Origin: an archaeon
Lineage (GTDB): Archaea > Asgardarchaeota > Thorarchaeia > Thorarchaeales > Thorarchaeaceae
DNA length: 32,000 nt
NCBI GenBank assembly: GCA_024275415.1
Contig: JAJRZD010000024.1
Location: forward strand, 1-32,000
Direction of reading: 5' to 3'
Program-made: the position numbers and the translations under genes
Shown: piece after piece, positions 1-8,478 of the stretch
How the letters are laid out: each line of letters begins with the position of its first letter
How positions within the stretch are numbered: the stretch's first letter is position 1
The notes under the pieces: generated by a model
What the model was told of the DNA's origin: nothing
Databases searched by the model: none
Seen by the model: only the letters and a program-made list of their open reading frames with translations

Positions 1-552
1 AAAGTTCGAGTCAGAGAACAGGTTTACAAAGTGGTAAAGTGAGGGCATACCCGTATTAGGGTCAATGAAGGATGTGAAGACTACACTCAAAAGGGGTGCT
101 ATCAGGAATAGACCGAATGCGACAAGCACAGCGGTCAATTGAATCCACGATAAGGAGTCCATCTCGGCCCTCAGCTGCTGTATCCCCTCTTTCAAAGTAG
201 GGATCACACCCTTTGATTTGCTATGGGGGTTTCTGATGAAACCTATGATTCCTCGACCCAGACCTACCAGTTGCATCCTGAATACGTATACTACCAACAT
301 ACCGACAAGGAATTGAATCAGAATGTTGATCCCATAGAGTACAAACAGTGAACCGCCACCAACGAGTACTGCCAACAGGAATCCCAATGAAACCATGTGG
401 CTCTTAATGAAAAGAGATGTGCGATTCGCTAATGATAATCCTGCATCGCCGCCCGTTATGATATAACGTAACTGCTCAAGAGGAGCAGCCGGCATGAGTT
501 CCGGCTCTTCCACTTGAGCGTCAGGCGGTGATGATTCACCTTTCCCTGACAA
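1..552 (-). CDS. ABC transporter permease, FbpB/AfuB (iron/thiamine/sugar-phosphate) type; runs off the left edge of the window
   Basis: Not in the ORF track. Manually read an open frame from TTG at 552 to position 1: LSGKGESSPP...LLAVLVGGGSLFVLYGINILIQFLVGMLVVYVF...LTAVLVAFGLFLIAPLLSVVFTSFIDPNTGMPSLYHFVNLFSDSNF. It has several hydrophobic helices and starts 13 nt after the binding-protein stop. Confidence 0.75.
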   Translation of the reverse strand, partial: MSGKGESSPPDAQVEEPELMPAAPLEQLRYIITGGDAGLSLANRTSLFIKSHMVSLGFLLAVLVGGGSLFVLYGINILIQFLVGMLVVYVFRMQLVGLGRGIIGFIRNPHSKSKGVIPTLKEGIQQLRAEMDSLSWIQLTAVLVAFGLFLIAPLLSVVFTSFIDPNTGMPSLYHFVNLFSDSNF

Positions 553-565
553 ATCGATCTAACTC

Positions 566-2017
566 CTATATGTACAAGGACATGATTTGATTGTAGACAT
601 CATTGTATTGTGCCTTTGCAGCAGTCGTCCATGCAGACTTTATCGCTGTGGCAAAATCGCTGTCATAGATTATCTTGTTATTGATAGATTTGCAGTACGC
701 TAGAGTGAATTCCTCATCGACCGAAGTATCAGGATCTGTGACAGTGACGGGCGCTCCCAAGAGGGCTGCATAGTTATCCAGCTCTGCTTCGGTAATTTTA
801 TTGTCGTAGTATGCCTGTACAACAGCACCCCATGCCTGTTGAAGCTCGGTGTGAGCATTCGTAAACACAGACTCGAAGTATTGGATGAATGCTGCATTGG
901 TTTCAAGTGACAATGTATCATTGAAATCGATTCCGGTCGTTGCCCTAGTCTGGTTATAGACTGCATAAAGATCCTGTGCACCTGCCGCACCTGGTTCACG
1001 GAAAGCGTCTTCTAAAACAGGCATTCGCCTTATGGAGTCATCTAGCCAGAGTGCTTGTCCCTCGGGAGAAAGCACGAAGTCGATGAACACCTCGGCCAAA
1101 TCCTTGTTCTGAGTGGTTGCGGGGATTGCAATAGGATCTCCGTTCACAATCGATTGTCCTTCAGGTAAGATGTACTCACAGTCCGGATTGCGAAACTGTG
1201 TAAGGTAACCATAGAAGTCAATTGACATAGAGATGCCGACTTGTCCAAGCTCTGCTGCTTGCTGTGTTTCTACTGAACCTCCATAGATGTTTGCACTGCC
1301 GGCCATCCTAGCCATTGTCGTCCAGCCCTCGTTCCATCCCAGACCCTGAGTGATGATCTCGTAGATGCGAGTGTTTGAAGTAGTATCAGGAGCGTTGCCC
1401 ATCGCAATGGTTCTGATGTTGGGCAAGAGACTGCCATAGATAGGACCTGCAAGGTCAGTCCATGATGTTGGAGTCGGCAGGTTATAGTCATCAAGGAACT
1501 GATGGTTGACTGTGAATCCGAAAGTCGAGATTGCCGCTGCGACCCAGACGATATCTCCATTGTATGTCCGTTTCATATCAGCACCTGCGATAGAATCAGG
1601 AACTCTATCTAGGATGCCCTGTATGTATGTGCTATTAAGAGGTAAAAGATAATCGTCCCTCATCAGCTGGTCAAACAGTGTGGGACCGCCACCCCATGCA
1701 ACATCAATCTCACCGAGTTCAATCAGATCATCCCAAAATTCTCCGCTAGGTGTCTTCCACAGGATATCTGTGATCCCGGCATCTTGAGCCAAATCGCTTG
1801 CTAGAAAAGCAGGCTCGAAGACATTGTGAATCGCAACATCATGCCGCGTTAGGATAGTGAGGGTAGTGCCTGTAGTCCCAGTGGTGGTCGTAGTTCCAGT
1901 TGATCCTCCTCCTCCTAAGAGGGAGAATCCAACAAAGCCGCCAACTGCGACTATAGCTATCACAACAACAGTAATGATGATGGTTTTTGTGTTTCGTGTA
2001 GACTCGAACTCGCTCAT
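566..2017 (-). CDS. ABC transporter substrate-binding protein, AfuA/FbpA (COG1840-like) family, with N-terminal membrane anchor
   Basis: N-terminal TM (IIITVVVIAIVAVGGFVGFSLL) and G/T-rich linker. Family-like motifs AWGGG, FGFTVN, NGDPIAI and FIDFVLSPEGQ. Lies upstream of a permease. Confidence 0.85.
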   Translation of the reverse strand: MSEFESTRNTKTIIITVVVIAIVAVGGFVGFSLLGGGGSTGTTTTTGTTGTTLTILTRHDVAIHNVFEPAFLASDLAQDAGITDILWKTPSGEFWDDLIELGEIDVAWGGGPTLFDQLMRDDYLLPLNSTYIQGILDRVPDSIAGADMKRTYNGDIVWVAAAISTFGFTVNHQFLDDYNLPTPTSWTDLAGPIYGSLLPNIRTIAMGNAPDTTSNTRIYEIITQGLGWNEGWTTMARMAGSANIYGGSVETQQAAELGQVGISMSIDFYGYLTQFRNPDCEYILPEGQSIVNGDPIAIPATTQNKDLAEVFIDFVLSPEGQALWLDDSIRRMPVLEDAFREPGAAGAQDLYAVYNQTRATTGIDFNDTLSLETNAAFIQYFESVFTNAHTELQQAWGAVVQAYYDNKITEAELDNYAALLGAPVTVTDPDTSVDEEFTLAYCKSINNKIIYDSDFATAIKSAWTTAAKAQYNDVYNQIMSLYI

Positions 2018-2020
2018 TCT

Positions 2021-2056
2021 TCAATCCTCTTTTGGGTGCATCAATGGGAAGATTGA
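2021..2056 (-). promoter_or_regulatory. Hairpin overlapping the putative RBS (GAGGA) of the binding-protein gene
   Basis: Minus strand TCAATCTTC (2056-2048) pairs with GAGGATTGA (2029-2021): 9 bp with one G-U, ending 3 nt before the ATG. Confidence 0.35.
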
Positions 2057-2221
2057 CAACACCGTTTTCTCATCCGTATAGCTAGTGTTCATGGAATCAT
2101 TACAGATATTAAGGTTTACCAAAATGGAGAAGCAATGTGTGACAGCAGAAAAAATACTAATTAGTTACTAATGTGGCGTATTTTGCTGATTTGACGCAGA
2201 AAAGGTGGTATCCGACCCTCA

Positions 2222-2237
2222 CGAAAAGGTTTTATCC
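2222..2237 (+). promoter_or_regulatory. Putative archaeal BRE/TATA promoter for the surface-protein gene
   Basis: CGAAAAGG-TTTTATCC about 60 nt before ATG 2295. The same CGAAAAGG precedes the tRNA TATA box. Confidence 0.5.
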
Positions 2238-2294
2238 TGTAATAACTACGCCTTCTGTATCTTCTTTGAAGATAAAAGGAGGACAATAATAAAA

Positions 2295-3314
2295 ATGAGA
2301 AGAAACCTTTTGGCGAAGAGAATCTTAACAGTTAGTATATTAACTGCCCTTTTCGCAGCATTTCTCATCGGTCCTGCCCCCGTCGCCGCTGAAGGCACTG
2401 GCACTATAGTCTTTGACTATGGTCATGGCCAGAAAAACATCAATCTAGCAAATACCACAGACCAGTGGTTAAGTGACAACTTGACAGCCATGGGCTACAC
2501 AGTTGTCTTTGATGAAGACGGGATCACAGCAGCAGACCTTGATGATGCAGTTGGCTTTGTCGCAGGTTCGATCTACGGCGATTCCAACGGATACACATCA
2601 GCAGAAATCAATGCCATTGCTGACTGGTTCAACGCTGGCAAGAAGTTCATGTGGATTGGGTACGACTCTGACTACTCTGGTGCGTACATCAACAACAACA
2701 TGACCGCTATCCTTGAAGCAGTCGGATCACATGTCTATGGCGAGCCACTATCGGTTGAAGACCCATATTCAAGTGCTGCAGCCCCATACAGGGCAATAGC
2801 CAATGTGACTGGGACAGATCCATTCATCGCCGACATCGTCGAAGGTGTAGGAAAAATTCTGATGCATGGCCCAACTTGCCTCTACGGTAGTACAACTGGT
2901 GCTGAAGGTGAGGGTGTTGTCGCACTCGAAACCCAGAGCATCAATAATGTATACGTACTGCTCAGATTTGGTGGCTCAGCGACTATAGTGAACAACGACC
3001 TAATTGATGGGTATGCCCATCAGGAAGGTGACAAGGGTTCATTCGTCGCAGCGACCCTTGAGATTGGTGCGGGTGACGCTGGGAACGGCGTTCTCGTTGT
3101 GTCTGGTGCATCACCATACGGTGACTACAGACCAATGTCCGAGGCAGAATACTACGACATCGTCATGACAGGCGCCATGAACTTTGTCAGCCGAACCATT
3201 GACTTTGGCATGAACCAAGCTCAGGCAGCTGACAACACATTGCTCCTTGCTATTGGTGCAATTGGTGCAGTCGTAGTCGTTGTCATTATCATCGCAGTAA
3301 TGAAGAAGAAGTAG
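2295..3314 (+). CDS. Type I membrane surface protein with GIFT/GldG/DUF4350-like (GATase-like fold) domain
   Basis: More likely start is ATG 2295 (MRRNLLAKR..., signal peptide ending PVAA) than GTG 2205. Motifs IVFDYGHGQ and YTSAEINAIADWFNAGKK. C-terminal TM followed by MKKK. N-x-S/T sequons NTT, NLT, NMT, NVT. Confidence 0.7.
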   Translation: MRRNLLAKRILTVSILTALFAAFLIGPAPVAAEGTGTIVFDYGHGQKNINLANTTDQWLSDNLTAMGYTVVFDEDGITAADLDDAVGFVAGSIYGDSNGYTSAEINAIADWFNAGKKFMWIGYDSDYSGAYINNNMTAILEAVGSHVYGEPLSVEDPYSSAAAPYRAIANVTGTDPFIADIVEGVGKILMHGPTCLYGSTTGAEGEGVVALETQSINNVYVLLRFGGSATIVNNDLIDGYAHQEGDKGSFVAATLEIGAGDAGNGVLVVSGASPYGDYRPMSEAEYYDIVMTGAMNFVSRTIDFGMNQAQAADNTLLLAIGAIGAVVVVVIIIAVMKKK

Positions 3315-3354
3315 AATGCTTCACTTGAAGTATATTTGGGGACAACCCATCTAC

Positions 3355-3375
3355 TTCTCGTTTTCTTTTTTTGTC
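3355..3375 (+). terminator. T-rich archaeal terminator-like tract
   Basis: TTCTCGTTTTCTTTTTTT about 45 nt after the stop at 3314. Confidence 0.4.
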
Positions 3376-3425
3376 GTTTTGCAATTCGACCCGTTGAACA
3401 GAGAGTTTAATAGAAGTACATAACA

Positions 3426-5348
3426 ATGAAACAGATTATGAAAAAATCAAAGGTTGTACTGTTTATCCTTTTGGTTTCCATGATTCCGTTTGCAATCACA
3501 TTACCGCTTGCTCAACCAGCGGAAGCATGGGGACTTCAGACACACATGTTCATCGCAAACAAAGCTGTTGAAAGTATAAGTGACCAAGGATGGAAGGATG
3601 TGTTCGAGTACTATCTTCCTGAGCTACTGGCTGGATCCACAACTCCGGACCAGGCATGGCAAGATTGGGACAATCACCTTTACTACCCTGAAACTGGAGA
3701 GCATAATGCACCAGCAGCTGCATCACAATGGTTCGATTATGCACGGGCCAATTTCACAGCAAGTGAGTGGGAGAAGGGATTCTTTGCAGCTGGCGTGATG
3801 CTTCACTACTTCACAGACCCCTGCATCCCTCTACATACAGGCCCCGGACATCCAGGACACGCAGGCTATGAGGCAGATATCAACTCCAACCTGAGCATCA
3901 TAGAGCTGACTACACCAACAGAAACGCTAATCTCCAACGTATCGCAGGAGGTTGTGAGCGCTGCAACACGGTCACATGCGTACTATGACCTTATTGTAGC
4001 GGCATATCCGGATAATGAAACGAGGGCGCTTGATCGGGCTGATGTGATGAGTGCGACAAAAGAGGCGTTGTCACGTGCGGTGAATGGCACATTGAGCCTA
4101 TTCTACACTCTTACGAACGGGCTGACTGCACCAGAAATCGTAATCACGTACGATTATGTTGCAATGTTCGATTACGCTCACTCCAACGACTATACTGATC
4201 AAGATGCATTAAATTCCGTCAACCAGACACTGGTACGGAATCACTTCCAGATGGTCAATCATCAATCAGAGATAACGGCATCTGCGCTTGCTGATGTGGA
4301 TCTTCTAATCATTACCTGTGCCCTTGATGTATACACGTCGGACGAACTCACGGCGATTTCGAACTGGGCTGCATCTGGAAACAAGTCGATGATTCTTACA
4401 GGAAGAGGAGATTTTAGCGAGAGCGAGAATATTGCACGGCCCAATTCGATACTTGAGGCCATTGGGTCACAAATCCGAATAAATGATGATAATGTCTACA
4501 TGCAAGGAACATACCAACCTTGGTACAATGACATTTACACGATTCCGAATCCTGCGGATACAGAGGGACTGACGACGGCGATGTCAAGTATAACACTCTA
4601 TTCACCCAGTAGTCTTTACTTTCTTGACGAGGGGCCGGTACTTCCAATCATTTATGCAGACGAGTCAGCGTATCAGACCGACCAGAACGTTCCAGAACCT
4701 ACATTGATATACGATGATACTCAGGACGGGAAGAATGGTGACCAGATACCATTGATAGCAGTAGAAGAGATAAACAATCTTCGGCTGCTTGTGTCCGGAA
4801 CGACCTTCTTCAGTGACTTTGACTACGGAAAGACAGCGTTATTCAGCAACGTTGTATTACTTGAGAACTTCTTGGATTGGGCAGTGGGCAACAGGTCAGA
4901 AAATACCATAGATGACGTAGATGAAATGGGACCAAAGGTTACAGACCTCTCATGGGCCCCAACAGATCCAACTAATGGGCAAGATGTCACAATATCAGCA
5001 ACCATTACTGATGTGAGCGACGTGGACAAGGTTTGGATATCATACGATAATGGTTCAGACACTGTTGTTGTCCAGTTGGACTCATCAACCAGTGTTTATA
5101 GTACCGTTATCACGGGACTGACCAACTCGTCTATCGAGTTCACGGTATTCGCCAATGATACACTTGGGAACACAGCTGTTCGAGGGAGTTACGAGATCAC
5201 TTGGGGAAGCGAATCTACAATAGAAACGACTGTAGTAGACAATACTCCGCCCCCGCCAGACATTAGTAACCTCATTATGTTTGCTATGATTGGTGTCGGT
5301 GTTATTGCGGTAATTGTAATCGTGTTCATCTTGGTTAGAAAACGATAG
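3426..5348 (+). CDS. Membrane-anchored Zn-dependent phospholipase C / S1-P1 nuclease family protein with GIFT-like and Ig-like domains
   Basis: Signal peptide ends PAEA|WGLQTH. Zinc-ligand pattern W35, H40, D75, H84, H127, D131, H137, H145, E149. Second domain FDYAHSN...YTSDELTAISNW. Beta-rich domain, T/P linker, C-terminal TM and RKR. Confidence 0.8.
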   Translation: MKQIMKKSKVVLFILLVSMIPFAITLPLAQPAEAWGLQTHMFIANKAVESISDQGWKDVFEYYLPELLAGSTTPDQAWQDWDNHLYYPETGEHNAPAAASQWFDYARANFTASEWEKGFFAAGVMLHYFTDPCIPLHTGPGHPGHAGYEADINSNLSIIELTTPTETLISNVSQEVVSAATRSHAYYDLIVAAYPDNETRALDRADVMSATKEALSRAVNGTLSLFYTLTNGLTAPEIVITYDYVAMFDYAHSNDYTDQDALNSVNQTLVRNHFQMVNHQSEITASALADVDLLIITCALDVYTSDELTAISNWAASGNKSMILTGRGDFSESENIARPNSILEAIGSQIRINDDNVYMQGTYQPWYNDIYTIPNPADTEGLTTAMSSITLYSPSSLYFLDEGPVLPIIYADESAYQTDQNVPEPTLIYDDTQDGKNGDQIPLIAVEEINNLRLLVSGTTFFSDFDYGKTALFSNVVLLENFLDWAVGNRSENTIDDVDEMGPKVTDLSWAPTDPTNGQDVTISATITDVSDVDKVWISYDNGSDTVVVQLDSSTSVYSTVITGLTNSSIEFTVFANDTLGNTAVRGSYEITWGSESTIETTVVDNTPPPPDISNLIMFAMIGVGVIAVIVIVFILVRKR

Positions 5349-5356
5349 TCACAATT

Positions 5357-5390
5357 CGGGGAACCGCGTGTTCCCCGTTCTTTTTGTTTT
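5357..5390 (+). terminator. Hairpin plus T-tract terminator
   Basis: CGGGGAAC-CGCGT-GTTCCCCG (perfect 8-bp stem) followed by TTCTTTTTGTTTT, 9 nt after the stop. Confidence 0.7.
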
Positions 5391-5455
5391 ACGAATAATT
5401 GAAACTATTCTGTTTTTTTCGTAATTGGTCTGTTGAGCGAATGTTCATATAAGAA

Positions 5456-6118
5456 TTGAACCTAATATACGCGGTTGTCGAGTATCAGGGTCTAGCGGTG
5501 AATGACATGAATACGAAAGAAGACAGAAGTATAATTGAACAAGATGTCATTCGAGCATTTGGATCTTCCATTATCGAATTCGAGGCAGTCCTGTATCAGA
5601 AATTCTTGATGATTTCTGCGACCCATTCGTTGATATCTGAGAAGGATTTCAAGAGAATCTTGAATGATATGCACGCAAAGGGATACATAACCCCAACCGA
5701 GTTCCAACAAAGGCGTTGTTGGAAAAGACAGATTGTGCTAGAAGACCTTGAAATAGGTGAACTCACTCCTGATGAATTCGAACAGGTATTCAAAGAAAGA
5801 GACCTCATTGTCACAGCGACAGAAACGCCCGTCAGACCACGCGAAAGAATTGTAAGCAATTCGTCCTCGATTGCTGAATTCATCGAAACTACTATGCTGA
5901 AAAAGCTCTATGGTGGTAGATTATCAGATCCGACCGCAACCAAGAACATCAAGAAACATGCAGACCTTATGCGAAAGGCGTTGTGCAACTCAGAGAGGGA
6001 TTTCCTCGAGTATGTAAGACGCAACACACCTTTGATTTTGGAGGATATGAAGCAGATCCTCCGAGAGAAAGGGGAGGATGTGGTCATCCTAGGGCTAAGA
6101 CTTGTGAGCGCGGTTTAA
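5456..6118 (+). CDS. Hypothetical protein (possible N-terminal winged-helix-like region)
   Basis: 220-codon ORF filling the gap with normal protein composition. Start uncertain (TTG 5456 or ATG 5507). No family recognised. Confidence 0.6.
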   Translation: MNLIYAVVEYQGLAVNDMNTKEDRSIIEQDVIRAFGSSIIEFEAVLYQKFLMISATHSLISEKDFKRILNDMHAKGYITPTEFQQRRCWKRQIVLEDLEIGELTPDEFEQVFKERDLIVTATETPVRPRERIVSNSSSIAEFIETTMLKKLYGGRLSDPTATKNIKKHADLMRKALCNSERDFLEYVRRNTPLILEDMKQILREKGEDVVILGLRLVSAV

Positions 6119-6123
6119 CCAGT

Positions 6124-7203
6124 CTAGTAGTCACGTTTCACTAGGAACTCTGAGAGAGCAAGCAAGAATTCCTTGTACTTCGGGGCGAGCGGTGGATCCG
6201 CCGTATCAAGCGATTGCTGTCCCTCCGACAACAGATCAAGCATCATCTTCTTTGTCGCATCCAAAGCACCACATTCAATGAAAACATCACGCACGTTATC
6301 GACTTCGGTATCTGTCATCCCATGCCTGCCCAACAGATTATCAAGGGTCTTCTTCTGGTCAGCGTCGGCAAGATTGTAAGCATTGAGCACAAGCATGGTC
6401 TTCTTGCCCTCACGGATATCACCGCCAGCAGACTTCCCAGTAACTTTCTCGTCACCAAAAGAACCAAGAATATCATCTTGTATTTGGAACGCCTGACCTA
6501 CTTTCACCCCAAAGTCTTCCAGAGCTGAGATTTGGGTTTCAGTCCCACCTGCAAGAATTGCTCCCATGACCAATGACTTCTCGAACAGGATAGCAGTCTT
6601 GAGACGGATCATCTCAAGATATATCTCTGGTGTGACATCATCCCAGTCAATCATCGTCATCTCCAGCAAAACCCCGTTGGCAAGCGATTGGAATGCATCT
6701 TGGTACTGCTTGAGGCAGATTCTCGCAAGGTCTGGCGGAAGTGCCGAATCACTGATGGCTTGTGCACCCATGTTCAGTAAGAGGTCGCCACCCAGAATAG
6801 CCATCGTGGTGCCCAGATCAATGGCTTTCTCGACATTTTTGGTCTGTTCGAAAAACAAGTCCCGATAAGTGACGTGGAACGTCTTTCCTCCGCGGCGGGT
6901 TTCATCATGGTCAATGAGGTCATCATGGAGGAGCGAGCCATTATGAAGTATCTCGATTGATATTGCAGCCCTATAGAGATATTCGAGTTCGATGGTAGAT
7001 TTGACAGACTTGTATCCGACAACAACAAGAATCGGCCGAAGCCGTTTCCCTCCACGCATAAGGTATTCTTTCAGATTGGTATAGAATTGAATGTGCCATT
7101 CTCCAACATTGGATGCTTGTTGAATCTTGAAGTCCAAATAGTCCGATAGTGCTTCATTCACTTTATTCAGTTCTTCTTTCCAAATGGCATCGAAACTAGT
7201 CAT
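6124..7203 (-). CDS. idsA: Polyprenyl synthetase (geranylgeranyl diphosphate synthase)
   Basis: GGKRLRP, first Asp-rich motif LLHDDLIDHDETRRG, KTA, second motif FQIQDDILG and GDIREGKKT. ATG 7203 preferred over GTG 7215. Confidence 0.92.
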   Translation of the reverse strand: MTSFDAIWKEELNKVNEALSDYLDFKIQQASNVGEWHIQFYTNLKEYLMRGGKRLRPILVVVGYKSVKSTIELEYLYRAAISIEILHNGSLLHDDLIDHDETRRGGKTFHVTYRDLFFEQTKNVEKAIDLGTTMAILGGDLLLNMGAQAISDSALPPDLARICLKQYQDAFQSLANGVLLEMTMIDWDDVTPEIYLEMIRLKTAILFEKSLVMGAILAGGTETQISALEDFGVKVGQAFQIQDDILGSFGDEKVTGKSAGGDIREGKKTMLVLNAYNLADADQKKTLDNLLGRHGMTDTEVDNVRDVFIECGALDATKKMMLDLLSEGQQSLDTADPPLAPKYKEFLLALSEFLVKRDY

Positions 7204-7315
7204 CGCGCTCCACACTCAAAAGCGGAACCCCTCACATCCCTTTTTAGAGTTTCTGAAAATGTCGAATGGGTATTCATGTATCACCGAAGCAGAGATCTCT
7301 CAGATGCTTTGTCAT

Positions 7316-8233
7316 TCACAGGAATATCTCGCCTTTTGCGACGGTCACTGCAGTGCCGCTCACTTTTACCTGTTGGATTTCCTGCTGATTGCCAGTGACT
7401 TCGACTATGACTTTCCCAGGACGACCCAAAATATGTCCTTGCTCGACCACGATGCTCGATACAATATTGGTGGATGACATCAATCCATATCGGATAAGGT
7501 ATGACCCAAGCCCTCCAGCGGCAGACCCTGTAACCGGGTCTTCACTAACTCCAAGAGAGGGGGCAAAATGTCTAACATGTACATCGGAGGTGACATCAAT
7601 GGTGTCTCGTGTAAAGACCTCGATTGCCAGATAGTCACAATCCTCGGCGAGCTTTTGAAGGAGATCCCAGTTTGGCTTTACCCGCCGTAGCGCATCAAGG
7701 CTTGTAACAGGCACCATTAGATTAGGGATGCCAGTGCTTACAGTCTGAATCGGATACAGTGACATGATATCAACAAGATGGATGCCTAATGCCTCGGCAT
7801 ATTGCACCGAATCGTATGTGCGGAGAAACTCTGGGCGATTGTGGGTAATCTGTATCTCAGGAATGCCAGTCTGCTCGTTCTTCACAATGTCTACCTGCAA
7901 AAGAGATGAACTTGTTTCCAGACTGACCATCCGGATGTCTTCAACGACTTCAATTAGACCCTCTTCGACCAATGCATGGAACGCAGCTACCGTCGCATGA
8001 CCTGAAAAATCAACCTCGCCACCAGGTGTCACATATCGAAACTTGAAATCAGCGGAATAGGAGCCAGAGGTGAATACGATCTCACGTACATTGAATTCTC
8101 GGGATATCTTGTGAATATCCTCATCGCTCAGGTTGTCAGCCCCAAGGACAATAGTCGCAGGATTCCCTCCGAAAGGAACATCCGTGAAAGCATCGACTTG
8201 GAAGAATTTTAGTTTCTGCCTCATTTCAAGCAC
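7316..8233 (-). CDS. PhzF-family (DAP-epimerase-fold) isomerase
   Basis: FFQVDAFTDVPFGGNPA, EVDFSGHAT, VSTGIP, RHFAP, EDPVTGSA, EQG...GRP. Confidence 0.88.
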   Translation of the reverse strand: MLEMRQKLKFFQVDAFTDVPFGGNPATIVLGADNLSDEDIHKISREFNVREIVFTSGSYSADFKFRYVTPGGEVDFSGHATVAAFHALVEEGLIEVVEDIRMVSLETSSSLLQVDIVKNEQTGIPEIQITHNRPEFLRTYDSVQYAEALGIHLVDIMSLYPIQTVSTGIPNLMVPVTSLDALRRVKPNWDLLQKLAEDCDYLAIEVFTRDTIDVTSDVHVRHFAPSLGVSEDPVTGSAAGGLGSYLIRYGLMSSTNIVSSIVVEQGHILGRPGKVIVEVTGNQQEIQQVKVSGTAVTVAKGEIFL

Positions 8234-8376
8234 CGTGAGTCACATTTTGAGGTTGTGTTCTAATTAATAATTAGGTTCGTTGCTATTCTGAAAAAAAATA
8301 TTCATGGTCAGATATTCAGGAACTTCTTGCTACAAGGCAAGACTGCAAGCCAGAATACAGTTAGTAGAAGCAATCG

Positions 8377-8478
8377 ATGCGCAGTAGGTGGCGGGTCCGT
8401 GGGAAATCGTGGTAGGAGGGGGGAGTTTCGTAATTGAGGGCATGTAACGAAAAACTAGCCCACGTACCCGCCTTGCAT
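8377..8478. other. Structured intergenic element (inverted repeat with inner hairpin); candidate ncRNA or cis-element
   Basis: GGCGGGTCCGTGGG (8390-8403) pairs 13/14 with CCCACGTACCCGCC (8459-8472). Inner AGTTT-CGT/ACG-AAACT stem; outer ATGCG/TGCAT. Confidence 0.4.

Noticed and set aside
1855-1920. Low-complexity GTAGT/CCT repeats
   Set aside because: They simply encode the G/T-rich linker of the binding protein; not a CRISPR or tandem-repeat locus.
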